Shown: positions 15,266 through 23,386 of the stretch, piece after piece | Layout of the letters: the number at the start of each line of letters is the position of its first letter | How positions within the stretch are numbered: position 1 is the stretch's first letter | Assembly: GCF_044789845.1 (NCBI RefSeq) | Contig: NZ_CP085252.1 | Coordinates: 224,684-248,683, forward strand | Source: Jeotgalibacillus malaysiensis | GTDB lineage: Bacteria > Bacillota > Bacilli > Bacillales > Jeotgalibacillaceae | Length of the DNA: 24,000 nucleotides | Reading direction: 5' to 3' | The notes under the pieces: generated by a model | What the model saw: the letters and a program-made list of their open reading frames with translations, nothing else | What the model was told of the DNA's origin: nothing | Database searches by the model: none | Program-made: the position numbers and the translations under genes

Positions 15266-15402
15266 CCTTAAATTGACACAAAGATTATCTGCAGGGCGGC
15301 AATCCTGATCTCTGGTAACTATCTCAATGATAGCGCGTGGGGAACCTTTCCCACCTCAGATAACCTCTGTGGTATTCATTAGTTTATTCAATCATTCTTG
15401 TT
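15243..15402 (-). ncRNA. Candidate structured small RNA or cis-regulatory leader (about 160 nt), family not recognised
   Basis: It is bounded by a near-consensus promoter and an intrinsic terminator. A 15-bp closing stem pairs 15371-15357 with 15291-15277 and encloses three hairpins (15354-15337, 15333-15319, 15307-15292), giving a cloverleaf-like four-way junction. The two non-Watson-Crick positions of the closing stem are G-U on the minus strand but A-C on the plus strand, which points to a minus-strand RNA. Confidence 0.45.
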
Positions 15403-15408
15403 TTATTT

Positions 15409-15437
15409 ATTATACATTAACTGTAAATGGTGGTCAA
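15409..15437 (-). promoter_or_regulatory. Near-consensus sigma-A promoter TTGACC-17-TATAAT
   Basis: -35 at 15437-15432, 17-nt spacer, -10 at 15414-15409 on the minus strand. Confidence 0.55.
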
Positions 15438-15457
15438 CTTCAGTGGTTAAGTGGTTA

Positions 15458-15603
15458 CTGTCCCTGTCCTGAACACTATTTTGACAATACAAGTCAATTG
15501 CATAAGCAAAAGTAAGAATTGAGTGAATAAAACACTTTATAGATCGTGTTTTGAATAGTTATTTATAGCTTTAAATATTTATAAATGTGTGAAGGACAGG
15601 GAG
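15458..15603 (+). repeat. MITE-like repeat, type 1, copy A (146 bp)
   Basis: TIRs are TCCCTGTCCT (15461-15470) and AGGACAGGGA (15593-15602). It is about 85-90% identical to 15873-16018 and also similar to 23387-23531. It has no coding capacity. Confidence 0.8.
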
Positions 15604-15609
15604 ACATCA

Positions 15610-15858
15610 CTATTTACCTTTATCCAATCGTCTCAAAATTATATACCCGAGGATAATTAATACTAATGTCGACAAGAGTAGTACAGCGCTTCCTGTATAG
15701 ATATTTACACCAGAGTGATCGAGTTGAGTTGCTATTTCTCCGTTTGTAATCTTGTTTATTTGAAAATAAGTGAATGGTGACAAATGAGCAATAGAATTTA
15801 GGTATTGAGTGCTTATAATATACCCAACAGCGCCAACTAACAGAGAGGTTGAAAACAC
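15610..15858 (-). pseudogene. C-terminal fragment of a membrane protein (ABC-2-type permease-like, tentative)
   Basis: 82 codons holding two hydrophobic segments and the stop. The 5' side abuts MITE copy B and the stop abuts MITE copy A. The GTG start is probably an artefact. Confidence 0.4.
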
Positions 15859-15872
15859 ACTCCACTAGACTA

Positions 15873-16018
15873 TTGTCCCTGTCCTGAGAACTATTCTGAC
15901 AATACAAGTCAATTGAATAAGCAAAAGTAAGAAGTGAGTGAAAAAAGCGCTTTACAGCTGCTATTTTGAATAGTTATTTGTAGCTGTAAATATTCATAAA
16001 TGTTTGTAGGACAGGGAG
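15873..16018 (+). repeat. MITE-like repeat, type 1, copy B (146 bp)
   Basis: TIRs at 15876-15885 and 16008-16017. It has an internal 9-bp inverted repeat TTTACAGCT / AGCTGTAAA and the same orientation as copy A. Confidence 0.8.
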
Positions 16019-16097
16019 ATATTCTATGGCAGTCAACTTGCGAAAGCTGGCTGCCATGAGCACCAAAATGGCCTAAAACAAGATAAAATTCATTTTG

Positions 16098-16140
16098 AAA
16101 AGGCGCTGATCATCTTTTGGATGATCAGCGCCTTTTATTT
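16098..16140. terminator. Strong bidirectional terminator hairpin (orphan)
   Basis: Perfect 13-bp stem GGCGCTGATCATC / GATGATCAGCGCC flanked by AAAA and TTTTATTTT. It follows only a short C-terminal gene remnant (...AVNLRKLAAMSTKMA*). Confidence 0.7.
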
Positions 16141-16295
16141 TCGTCTTCGGCTAGTTTTTGTCCCAGCCTCGTTGCTGTACTTCTAAAGCAATAAACGTAA
16201 CAAAAACAACTTAATGTAAGGGCTTGAGCGTCGAGTTGATAAAGAATTGATACATAATTTAAGGAAGGTAAAACAAACTAGAATTAAATGATTGA

Positions 16296-16700
16296 CTAAA
16301 GAATGAGTTTTTAACTTGGGAATGGTGGATATTAGTCTGTTTTTTAGTTGGATCTTGAGTTATATGGGCTAAACTCATTAAAAAAGACATTATTTTAGAA
16401 ATTTTGTTGTTTGGTACGATAATTATCATTATCATAACAACAACCTTATTAGATGTAGTTGGTTTACAATATAGGTTTTGGGATTATCCAATTGCATTCC
16501 TACCTATTATTCCTAGGTCCTATCCTTTTGATTTTTCAATGATACCTGTAGCCTACATGTTGTTATATCAATGTTTTAGAACATGGAAATTTTTCGCAAC
16601 TGCCCTAATCATTATGGCACTAACTTACGCCTTTATTGGCGAACCTTTAGATTTAGATTGGAGGAAAAAAATTTGGAAGAAGTTAATCTTGGTTTACTGA
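16296..16700 (+). pseudogene. CBO0543-family-like small membrane protein, probably disrupted
   Basis: The frame reads ...LTWEWWILVCFLVGS, then TGA (16356-16358), then VIWAKLIKKDIILEILLFGTIII...RFWDYP...MLLYQ...FIGEPL. It has an in-frame stop and no obvious start upstream. The 98-aa track ORF (TTG 16404) may still be expressed. The family call is from memory and tentative. Confidence 0.35.
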
Positions 16701-17356
16701 CGATCAAAATCATCGTAGGTTTTGTCACCTTATTTTTTATCATTATCGTAACAGGAAGAACATCCATCTATCAGTTAACCCCGTTTCACTTAGTTTTTGT
16801 GTTAGTACTTGGAGATTTTTTAGGGAGTACCATTTATGAAGATAAGGTAACGATTTTTCATTTTTTATATGCCATCGGATTGTGGACACTTCTTATGATG
16901 GGAATAGAGTTTTTGACTCTAAAAAATAAATCGACACGTTCTCTCTTATTAGGCGATCCTAACATCATCATTCGGGATGGAGTCATGGATCGAAAGTTAC
17001 TTAAGAAAAACAAATTGGATGTAAATCAAGTATTGAGTTTACTCCGTCAAAATAATGTTTTTTCAGTTAGGGAAGTCAAATACGGTATATTGGAAGCCAA
17101 TGGACAAATAAGTTTATTGTTACAATCCAAGTATAAAAACCCAGAAAAGCAAGATCTCAATCTTCCAGAAAGTCCAGTAAACCTTCCAACATCATTAATT
17201 ATAGATGGGGAAATTTTATGGGATAATTTACATGAACTCGGATTTGATCAACAGTGGTTAGATAACCAATTAACTATCAATGGATATGATAATGTAAAGC
17301 GTATACTCTACGCAGATTGGCGTGAGAGCGAAGGCATACATATAAGTCCCCAATAA
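16673..17356 (+). CDS. DUF421 / YetF-family membrane protein
   Basis: TTG start at 16673, 8 nt after GGAGG; the track ORF from 16583 is an upstream extension. It is collinear with B. subtilis YetF as I recall it: ...QLTPFHLVFVLVLGDFLG..., LLGDPNIIIRDG, KNKLDVNQVLSLLRQ, REVKYGILEANGQISLL, LIIDGEI. Confidence 0.85.
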   Translation: MEEVNLGLLTIKIIVGFVTLFFIIIVTGRTSIYQLTPFHLVFVLVLGDFLGSTIYEDKVTIFHFLYAIGLWTLLMMGIEFLTLKNKSTRSLLLGDPNIIIRDGVMDRKLLKKNKLDVNQVLSLLRQNNVFSVREVKYGILEANGQISLLLQSKYKNPEKQDLNLPESPVNLPTSLIIDGEILWDNLHELGFDQQWLDNQLTINGYDNVKRILYADWRESEGIHISPQ

Positions 17357-17364
17357 AATTTTGT

Positions 17365-17691
17365 TTAGAAAACCTCCCTGTCCTGAACACTATTCTGACA
17401 ATTTGTTTTTTCAGCCGCATCATCAATATGATAAATTTCTGCTTCACGAGTCCCATCCCCATATCCACGGATATAATGACCTTCAATTCTCTGTAATACG
17501 TGGTTTAGGTTTTCAGCATAAGGCCTATATTTATATTTCTTAAAATCCAATTTCATTTGTTCACCAGTTTCCTGGAAGAAGTAAGCCAGATTTTGAACTT
17601 CCAGATTAGAAAGGCGATATCCAATAGCTGAATAGCTATCCATCTAAGCAATGAGCAGTGCATCAGAGGTTGTCATTTTCAGCTTACTCAT
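17365..17691 (-). pseudogene. Disrupted hypothetical gene with an in-frame TAG and a 3' end replaced by a MITE fragment
   Basis: It reads MSKLKMTTSDALLIA, then TAG (17646-17644), then MDSYSAIGYRLSNLEVQNLAYFFQETGEQMKLDFKKYKYRPYAENLNHVLQRIEGHYIRGYGDG.... The tail ...NCQNSVQDREVF is encoded by repeat sequence. It faintly resembles the C-terminal domains of SocA/DarG-type antitoxins; this is unverified. Confidence 0.35.
17374..17402 (+). repeat. Type 1 MITE, left-end fragment
   Basis: CTCCCTGTCCTGAACACTATTCTGACAAT matches the first 29 nt of the type 1 repeat. It supplies the last codons and the stop of the disrupted minus-strand ORF. Confidence 0.7.
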
Positions 17692-17868
17692 CTTTCCCAC
17701 CGCCTCATTTCTAAATATACTATTATCATTTTAGCACGTTCATAAATTAATCCACCATAAAAAATCTCCTAATATATAGTTCGGCAAAACACTTTTCGCT
17801 ATACTTAATTCAATAACAATAGAGTTGCACAAGTGTTGAACCTTATCTCAATAAAGGGAGGTGACATC

Positions 17869-18411
17869 ATGTCAATAAAATTAACTGAGGTGAAAAAATC
17901 ACTAAAGGAATACGATCAAAAAGAGCTGATCAGTCTCATTGGAGAGTTGTACAAGCTCAACCCTGAGGTGAAAAACTATCTTTCAGCTAAGTTCAAGGGA
18001 GAAGAGGCTGTTGAAGTACTCTTTGAAGAAGCCCAAAAGAAAGTCAAGAATGTATTTTTCCCGGACAGAGGATTCGGCAAACTGTCTTTAGCTACTGCTA
18101 AAAAAGTCATATCGGATTTTAAGAAGCAGACTGGTGATGAGGAAAAGACGACCGAATTGATGTTTTATTATGTGAAACTCGGTACTGAATTTACTGCTAT
18201 GTATGGGGATATTGACGGAGCCTTTTATTCAAGTATGGCGAACACTTTTGCGCAGGTAGTAGAGGTGATAGATACTTCCTATGAGCGGGTGGCTTCTTAT
18301 GAAGATAGACTTCAATCTATTTTAGAGGAGGCTGCACAAGTCGGCTGGGGATATCCGGATGCGCTTAGTGAAATTTATTATGATATGGAGTTTCGCGATG
18401 AGGAAGAATGA
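17869..18411 (+). CDS. Hypothetical protein, DUF6155-like
   Basis: ATG 17869 follows AAAGGGAGGTGA. The N-terminus MSIKLTEVKKSLKEYDQKELISLIGELYKLNPEVKNYLSAKF fits my recollection of the DUF6155 family. 180 aa, acidic C-terminus. Confidence 0.55.
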   Translation: MSIKLTEVKKSLKEYDQKELISLIGELYKLNPEVKNYLSAKFKGEEAVEVLFEEAQKKVKNVFFPDRGFGKLSLATAKKVISDFKKQTGDEEKTTELMFYYVKLGTEFTAMYGDIDGAFYSSMANTFAQVVEVIDTSYERVASYEDRLQSILEEAAQVGWGYPDALSEIYYDMEFRDEEE

Positions 18412-18450
18412 AATAAGTTGTCAGTATGTTTACCTTAGGACAAAAAAACT

Positions 18451-18696
18451 CTCCCTGTCCTCAAAACTATTCTGAAAATAAAAGTTAGAAAGCTGTCCCT
18501 GTGTTGAACACAACTCCCACACAATTTTACTTGTTTATATAACAAGAATGAATTGTGTGGGATTTTTTCTGACACAGGGACATTCTATTTTGTTTTTCAG
18601 TGGTTTATATCTGATTTCAGGTGAAAAATGAAAACGGGTGATTACGTTGAACTCTCAATCTCTTATTTATTTGGGAATTATTTTTAGGACAGGGAG
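18451..18696 (+). repeat. Composite repeat: type 1 MITE ends enclosing a type 2 MITE and a gene scrap
   Basis: The type 1 left end and part of its core occupy 18451-18493. A type 2 element sits at 18494-18585. A remnant homologous to 14795-14830 lies at about 18620-18655. The type 1 right TIR AGGACAGGGAG is at 18686-18696. Confidence 0.6.
18494..18585 (+). repeat. MITE-like repeat, type 2, copy 2
   Basis: TIRs are TCCCTGTGT (18496-18504) and ACACAGGGA (18572-18580). The internal perfect hairpin CCCACACAATT...AATTGTGTGGG is followed by ATTTTTT (terminator-like). Confidence 0.75.
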
Positions 18697-18784
18697 CAAA
18701 CATACCAATGCACGGTGGCTAGTATTAAAAAGGGGGTTTTATGGATATAACTGATACGAAAAAGCAAAGAAAGGTATCGGTGCC

Positions 18785-20422
18785 ATGTTTTCATTTTCAA
18801 AAAAGAAAAAGAAAAAGCAAAAGATGAAAAGTAGGAATCAACAGGAAAACAGGCCGGATCAATCTGAAAATAAATTACCCAATAACATCGATACCTCCTT
18901 GTCCAAGAATCTTGAAACCATTAAAAAAAGAACCGGAAACAGTTCAGATATAGTCATCCGTCCTTTAAACCTCGGGCATAATCCTAAGGTTAAAACCGCT
19001 ATTGTTTATATTAAAGGGATGGTTGACCAGCAATCTGTAAACGACTTTTTAATCGAACCCATGATTAATCATCCCTCGTTACAAAAACAGCTCGTTCAAC
19101 AAGAGGTGATCGAAATGATCGCCGAAGATGTTATCGCTCTCGGAGGGATTAAAAAAGTGAGTGACTGGGACGGGTTATTTACTGAGTTAATGTCGGGCAA
19201 TACGATTGTCCTTATTGAAGGGACTAAAGAAGCTCTTAGTGCCGGTACCCAGGGCGGTCAGAGACGTTCTATCCAGGAACCGGCTACTGATATTACTATT
19301 CGCGGTCCCAAAGAAGGGTTTACTGAATCTATTGAGACAAATATAGCCATGGTTAGAAGGATTATTAATACGCCTGATTTGTGGACTGAATCCATGAAAA
19401 TCGGCAAAATGACGAAAACTGATGTTTCCATCATGTATATAAATGGCATAGCAAAGAATGAAATCATCGAAGAAGTTCGCAAACGATTAAAAAGGATTGA
19501 TATCGATGGTATCCTGGAATCCGGCTATATTGAACAGCTCATTGAAGATCAGACAAATACCACTTTTCCTACAATACACCATAAGGAGAAGCCCGATGGA
19601 ATAGCAGGAAATCTTCTCGAAGGAAGGGTTGCCATTTTTGTGAATGGGACGCCCTTTGTGCTGCTTGTGCCTGCATTATTTATTGATTTTTTTCAATCAT
19701 CTGAGGATTATTATGAACGTTTTGACATCGCAACAGCCATTCGCTTTTTACGTACCATCATTTTCTTTATATCGCTTGTTGCACCTGCGATCTACATTGC
19801 AGCTACTACCTTTCACCAGGAGATGATTCCAACAGAGTTAGCTATTATTGTCGCTGCACAGAGGGAATCCGTGCCTTTTCCCGCATTTTTCGAAGCACTC
19901 ATCATGGAAATCACTTTTGAAATTTTACGGGAAGCCGGTATCCGTATGCCTAAAGTGATGGGCTCGACGATTTCCATCGTAGGGGCACTGGTTATTGGAC
20001 AGGCTGCTATACAGGCTGGCATTGTTTCACCTGCCATGGTCATTGTCGTGTCCATTACAGCGATTGCCAGTTTCGCGACCCCTTCTTATTCAGTTGGCAT
20101 ATCCGCACGTTTAGTTAGATTTATTTATATGATCAGTGCTGCTACGTTCGGCTTTTATGGAATTATCCTGGTGTTTATCTTCCTGATTGTACACTTATGC
20201 AGCCTCCGTTCATTCGGTGTTCCGTATATGTCACCTTTTGCACCTTTTATTAAGGGTGAAGCTGGAGATACCATTTTGCGCAGACCACTTTGGGCTTACA
20301 AGAAAAGACCACAATTGATTGTCGGTCCAAATGATGTCAGTCAAGGGGAAAATCAGAAACCGCAGCCTCCCGGAACTCGCAACATGAGGAATTCTGAATT
20401 GGGAAAAGGTGAATCGAAATGA
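18785..20422 (+). CDS. Spore germination protein, GerA family A subunit
   Basis: 545 aa with a typical GerAA/GerKA layout. A soluble N-terminal domain (IVIRPL...VYIKGMVD, GNTIVLIEG, QEP..D..IRGPKEGFTE) is followed by 5-6 TM segments. Confidence 0.9.
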   Translation: MFSFSKKKKKKQKMKSRNQQENRPDQSENKLPNNIDTSLSKNLETIKKRTGNSSDIVIRPLNLGHNPKVKTAIVYIKGMVDQQSVNDFLIEPMINHPSLQKQLVQQEVIEMIAEDVIALGGIKKVSDWDGLFTELMSGNTIVLIEGTKEALSAGTQGGQRRSIQEPATDITIRGPKEGFTESIETNIAMVRRIINTPDLWTESMKIGKMTKTDVSIMYINGIAKNEIIEEVRKRLKRIDIDGILESGYIEQLIEDQTNTTFPTIHHKEKPDGIAGNLLEGRVAIFVNGTPFVLLVPALFIDFFQSSEDYYERFDIATAIRFLRTIIFFISLVAPAIYIAATTFHQEMIPTELAIIVAAQRESVPFPAFFEALIMEITFEILREAGIRMPKVMGSTISIVGALVIGQAAIQAGIVSPAMVIVVSITAIASFATPSYSVGISARLVRFIYMISAATFGFYGIILVFIFLIVHLCSLRSFGVPYMSPFAPFIKGEAGDTILRRPLWAYKKRPQLIVGPNDVSQGENQKPQPPGTRNMRNSELGKGESK

Positions 20423-21636
20423 AGTGTAAATTTGTTTTTCTTTTTTTAATGGTGACCGGCATCCTATTTGTATCTGGTTGTTGGAATCAGAAGGAGTTAA
20501 ATGATCTTGCAATCATATCTGCCATGGCGATTGATAAAAATGATGATGGCCAATACGTTAAGACGATTCAACTTATCAATCCTGGAAGCGTAGCCGGCGG
20601 ACTTCAGGGAGGCGGGGGCGGACAAAGCCCGGCTGTTACCGTTTATACTGCGACGGGAGACAGTGTAATGCAAGCCCATTTCAACGCTTCATCCAAAATC
20701 TCCCGAAGACTGTATCATGGTCATGCAAATCTGATTGTAGTCAGTGAAGAGCTCGCCAAAGAAGATGGCATTACAACGATTTTAGACGCCTTTGAACGGG
20801 ACCCGGAAATCCGCACAACTTCAAGAATTGTGGTTGCCCATGATACAAAAGCGGGAGATCTCCTTAAATCGTTGACAGCCGTTGAGAAAATTCCTGCTGA
20901 GAAAGTAAACGGCATCTTGAAAGTTACTGCACAATCAAGAGGTGAAAATGTGGAGGTTACTCTTCAGGAAGTGATTAAGTCACTTACTGCCGAAGGGATG
21001 GAACCGGTAATCAGCGGTTTTCGTATGAAAGGGGATATCGAAAAAGGAAAAAAGATGGATAATATTCAACAATCTGAACTCGATACCACCCTGGAAGCTG
21101 ACGGTCTGGCTATTTTCAAAGAAGGAAAGTTGATCGACTGGTATAAAGGTGAAATGTCCAGAGGGGTAATATGGATACTGGATAAAATTGAAGAAACTGA
21201 AGTGGAAATTGACTGGGATGGAAAGAAAAACATCATTGGATATACCGTAATCCGTCAAAAAACAAAAATCTCTGCTGATACAAAAAATGTTCTCCCTGTC
21301 ATCACGATTCACACCAATGCGGAAGGTGACATTCGTGAAGTAAGGACACCAGTTGACCTGACCGATCCTGCAATCATATTGGATTTGGAAAAGGAATTAG
21401 AAAAAGAAATCAAGAGAGAAATAGAAGAAACAATTAAGAAGACCCAGCAAAATAAAACAGACATTTTTGGATTCGGCGAAGTAGTCCATCGTTCCGATCC
21501 TGAGAAATGGAAAGAATTGAAGGGTGATTGGGACGATTCTTACTTTCCGAACTTAAATGTAAAAGTGGAAGTAGAGGTCTTTATTAGACGCAGCGGCCTA
21601 AGAACCAATTCGTATCTTTCTGATATGAAAGAATAA
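20419..21636 (+). CDS. Ger(x)C-family germination lipoprotein (C subunit)
   Basis: Lipobox LFVSGCW followed by NQKELNDLAIISAMAIDK, the canonical GerxC N-terminus. The 4-nt ATGA overlap with the A subunit indicates translational coupling. Confidence 0.9.
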   Translation: MKCKFVFLFLMVTGILFVSGCWNQKELNDLAIISAMAIDKNDDGQYVKTIQLINPGSVAGGLQGGGGGQSPAVTVYTATGDSVMQAHFNASSKISRRLYHGHANLIVVSEELAKEDGITTILDAFERDPEIRTTSRIVVAHDTKAGDLLKSLTAVEKIPAEKVNGILKVTAQSRGENVEVTLQEVIKSLTAEGMEPVISGFRMKGDIEKGKKMDNIQQSELDTTLEADGLAIFKEGKLIDWYKGEMSRGVIWILDKIEETEVEIDWDGKKNIIGYTVIRQKTKISADTKNVLPVITIHTNAEGDIREVRTPVDLTDPAIILDLEKELEKEIKREIEETIKKTQQNKTDIFGFGEVVHRSDPEKWKELKGDWDDSYFPNLNVKVEVEVFIRRSGLRTNSYLSDMKE

Positions 21637-21663
21637 GCTTGATGGAAATGGAGTGGAAATTTA

Positions 21664-22770
21664 TTGGAAAAGGCAAAAATCAGCGTGCGCCAGCTGTTCG
21701 TGCTCATTGTCTTATTTGTAATTGGCAGTTCCCTACTGGTTCCGCTCGCCATTGAAGCGAAACAGGATGCCTGGCTGGCTATTCTGATTGCATTGGCCGG
21801 CGGCTGTTGCTTATTTTTGGTATATCATGGTCTGTATTCATACTATCCGGATGTCCCACTTACTGAATACGTACAAAAAATATTGGGGAGCGTTTTGGGG
21901 AAAATACTTGCCTTTTTCTATGTGCTCTATTTCATGTATATTTCAGCAAGAGTTATGAGGGATTTTGGGGAATTGCTGGTTAAAGCCTTTTATCCGGAAA
22001 CACCACTGTTTGTCCTGAATGCATTGATGACGATCGTAGTTGTGTATGCAGTTCAAAAGGGGATAGAGGTCTTGGCCAGAACAGGTGAACTGTTCTTTGT
22101 AATCATGGTGCTGCTTGGATTCATTGGCATTATTCTAATTGCGATTGCTGGCATTATCCAGATCTCTAACCTCCAACCGGTACTTGAAGAGGGCTTACAG
22201 CCTGTTATAAAAACGTCTTTTACTACTCTGTACTTTCCATTTGGCGAAGTGATTGTATTTACTATGATTTTGCCCTTTTTGAACAGAACTGAAAAGGCGA
22301 AGAAAACTGGTTTACTTGCACTGGGATTAAGTGGCATATTATTGGCACTTGTAATGGCTGTAAATATCAGCGTTCTCGGTGTGAGTCTCGTTTCACGTTC
22401 ACACTTTCCCCTTCTTTCTACTATACAGAGCATTGAGATCGCAGGTTTTTTGGAGAGGTTGGACATTACTTTTATGCTCGCTGCGATTCTTGGGTGCTTC
22501 TTTAAGATATGTCTTTTTTTCTATGCAGCCGTGGCAGGCACTTCAAATTTGTTCAAGATCAAAGAATCTTCAAAGCTGGCTTATCCAATGGGGGTGGTCG
22601 TCTTACTACTCTCCATAACAATTGCCAGTAATTATTCAGAACATGTTCATGAAGGCCTGAAAGTTGTCCCTCTTTATGTGCATCTGCCTTTTCAAGTGCT
22701 GATTCCACTTATCCTTCTTCTAATCGCTTTTGTTAAAAACAGAAAAAAACCAAGGCAAAATGCATCCTGA
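21664..22770 (+). CDS. Germination protein B subunit (GerAB/APC-superfamily permease-like)
   Basis: 368 aa with 10 predicted TM segments. The N-terminus KISVRQLFVLIVLFVIGSS is typical of GerxB. TTG start. Confidence 0.9.
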   Translation: MEKAKISVRQLFVLIVLFVIGSSLLVPLAIEAKQDAWLAILIALAGGCCLFLVYHGLYSYYPDVPLTEYVQKILGSVLGKILAFFYVLYFMYISARVMRDFGELLVKAFYPETPLFVLNALMTIVVVYAVQKGIEVLARTGELFFVIMVLLGFIGIILIAIAGIIQISNLQPVLEEGLQPVIKTSFTTLYFPFGEVIVFTMILPFLNRTEKAKKTGLLALGLSGILLALVMAVNISVLGVSLVSRSHFPLLSTIQSIEIAGFLERLDITFMLAAILGCFFKICLFFYAAVAGTSNLFKIKESSKLAYPMGVVVLLLSITIASNYSEHVHEGLKVVPLYVHLPFQVLIPLILLLIAFVKNRKKPRQNAS

Positions 22771-22820
22771 TTAATTAATTGCGGTAAAGAAGTATTCTCT
22801 TCAGTGGAGCGTGATAAAGA

Positions 22821-23078
22821 ATGAAAATACTAGGCATTTCTATAGTGATATTGGTGTTTTTGATAGGATTTTCCTTAGTAATGGATATACTTTTAGGATT
22901 TGATTTATACACTTCAATTCATAACAACTTAAATCCTTTTCTGGTCATGGAAGTCCCTGAATTAGTTCTTTTCTTTTTCTTGATCATTTATTTACTTGCC
23001 GCCTCTGCTCGTCGCTTTTTTAAAAAAAAGAAGAAAGGAACAGATAAAGATAATAAATACCATCAATCAAAAAAATGA
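22821..23078 (+). CDS. Small two-TM membrane protein with a Lys-rich tail, unknown function
   Basis: 85-aa ORF 50 nt after the B subunit on the same strand. It has two hydrophobic helices and a weak GGAG RBS. Confidence 0.45.
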   Translation: MKILGISIVILVFLIGFSLVMDILLGFDLYTSIHNNLNPFLVMEVPELVLFFFLIIYLLAASARRFFKKKKKGTDKDNKYHQSKK

Positions 23079-23319
23079 TTTCCCGCCTTCGGACACAAGA
23101 ATAAGACGATATTTAATATTTACAAAATCGGTTCCTAAATGCTGTTAAATAATTTTGATAAACTATACTTAGGCCATTTAATTACGGGATATCACTCAGG
23201 AAGAAATTAAAGATCATATTTAGTAAACTAGTGTTATATTTCGATCTTTCTCATTTTTAAAAAATTTCTGAAGTTCTCGAAATTCCAATTGTGAGTGACG
23301 CTTCAAAGTATAAAGAGAA

Positions 23320-23366
23320 AAAAGACGGGGGTTATGCGCTGAAATAAAGCATAGCAACCGTCTTTT
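23320..23366 (+). terminator. Probable terminator
   Basis: AAAAGACGG...CCGTCTTTT stem with an inner TATGC/GCATA pairing, followed by ACTTTT. Confidence 0.45.
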
Positions 23367-23386
23367 ACTTTTGTCAGAGTGGAATT

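Noticed and set aside
15327-15515. 62-aa plus-strand ORF.
   Set aside because: It runs across the structured RNA region, its promoter and into MITE copy A. It has no RBS and is an artefact.
15620-15907. 95-aa minus-strand ORF overlapping the permease fragment in another frame.
   Set aside because: It starts inside MITE copy B, and its translation has no membrane or other features.
17277-17543. ORFs 17277-17486(-) and 17361-17543(+).
   Set aside because: They overlap the end of the DUF421 gene, the MITE fragment and the disrupted ORF in other frames. There is no support for them.
14555-18696. The repeated about 92-bp and about 146-bp units, considered as a possible CRISPR array.
   Set aside because: The repeats are far longer than CRISPR repeats, irregularly spaced (hundreds to thousands of bp) and bounded by terminal inverted repeats. 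They interrupt genes, and no cas genes are present. They are MITE-like elements.
18696-18784. Search for a sigma-G/sigma-F forespore promoter upstream of the ger operon.
   Set aside because: I could not find a convincing match with correct spacing to the -35 GHATR / -10 CATxxTA pattern, so no promoter is called.
19258-22618. Shadow ORFs within the ger operon: 19258-19482, 19644-19826, 19813-20055, 20231-20512, 20497-20679, 20721-20915, 20980-21312, 21540-21752, 22053-22466 and 22433-22618.
   Set aside because: All are antisense or alternative frames of the three well-supported GerA-family genes.
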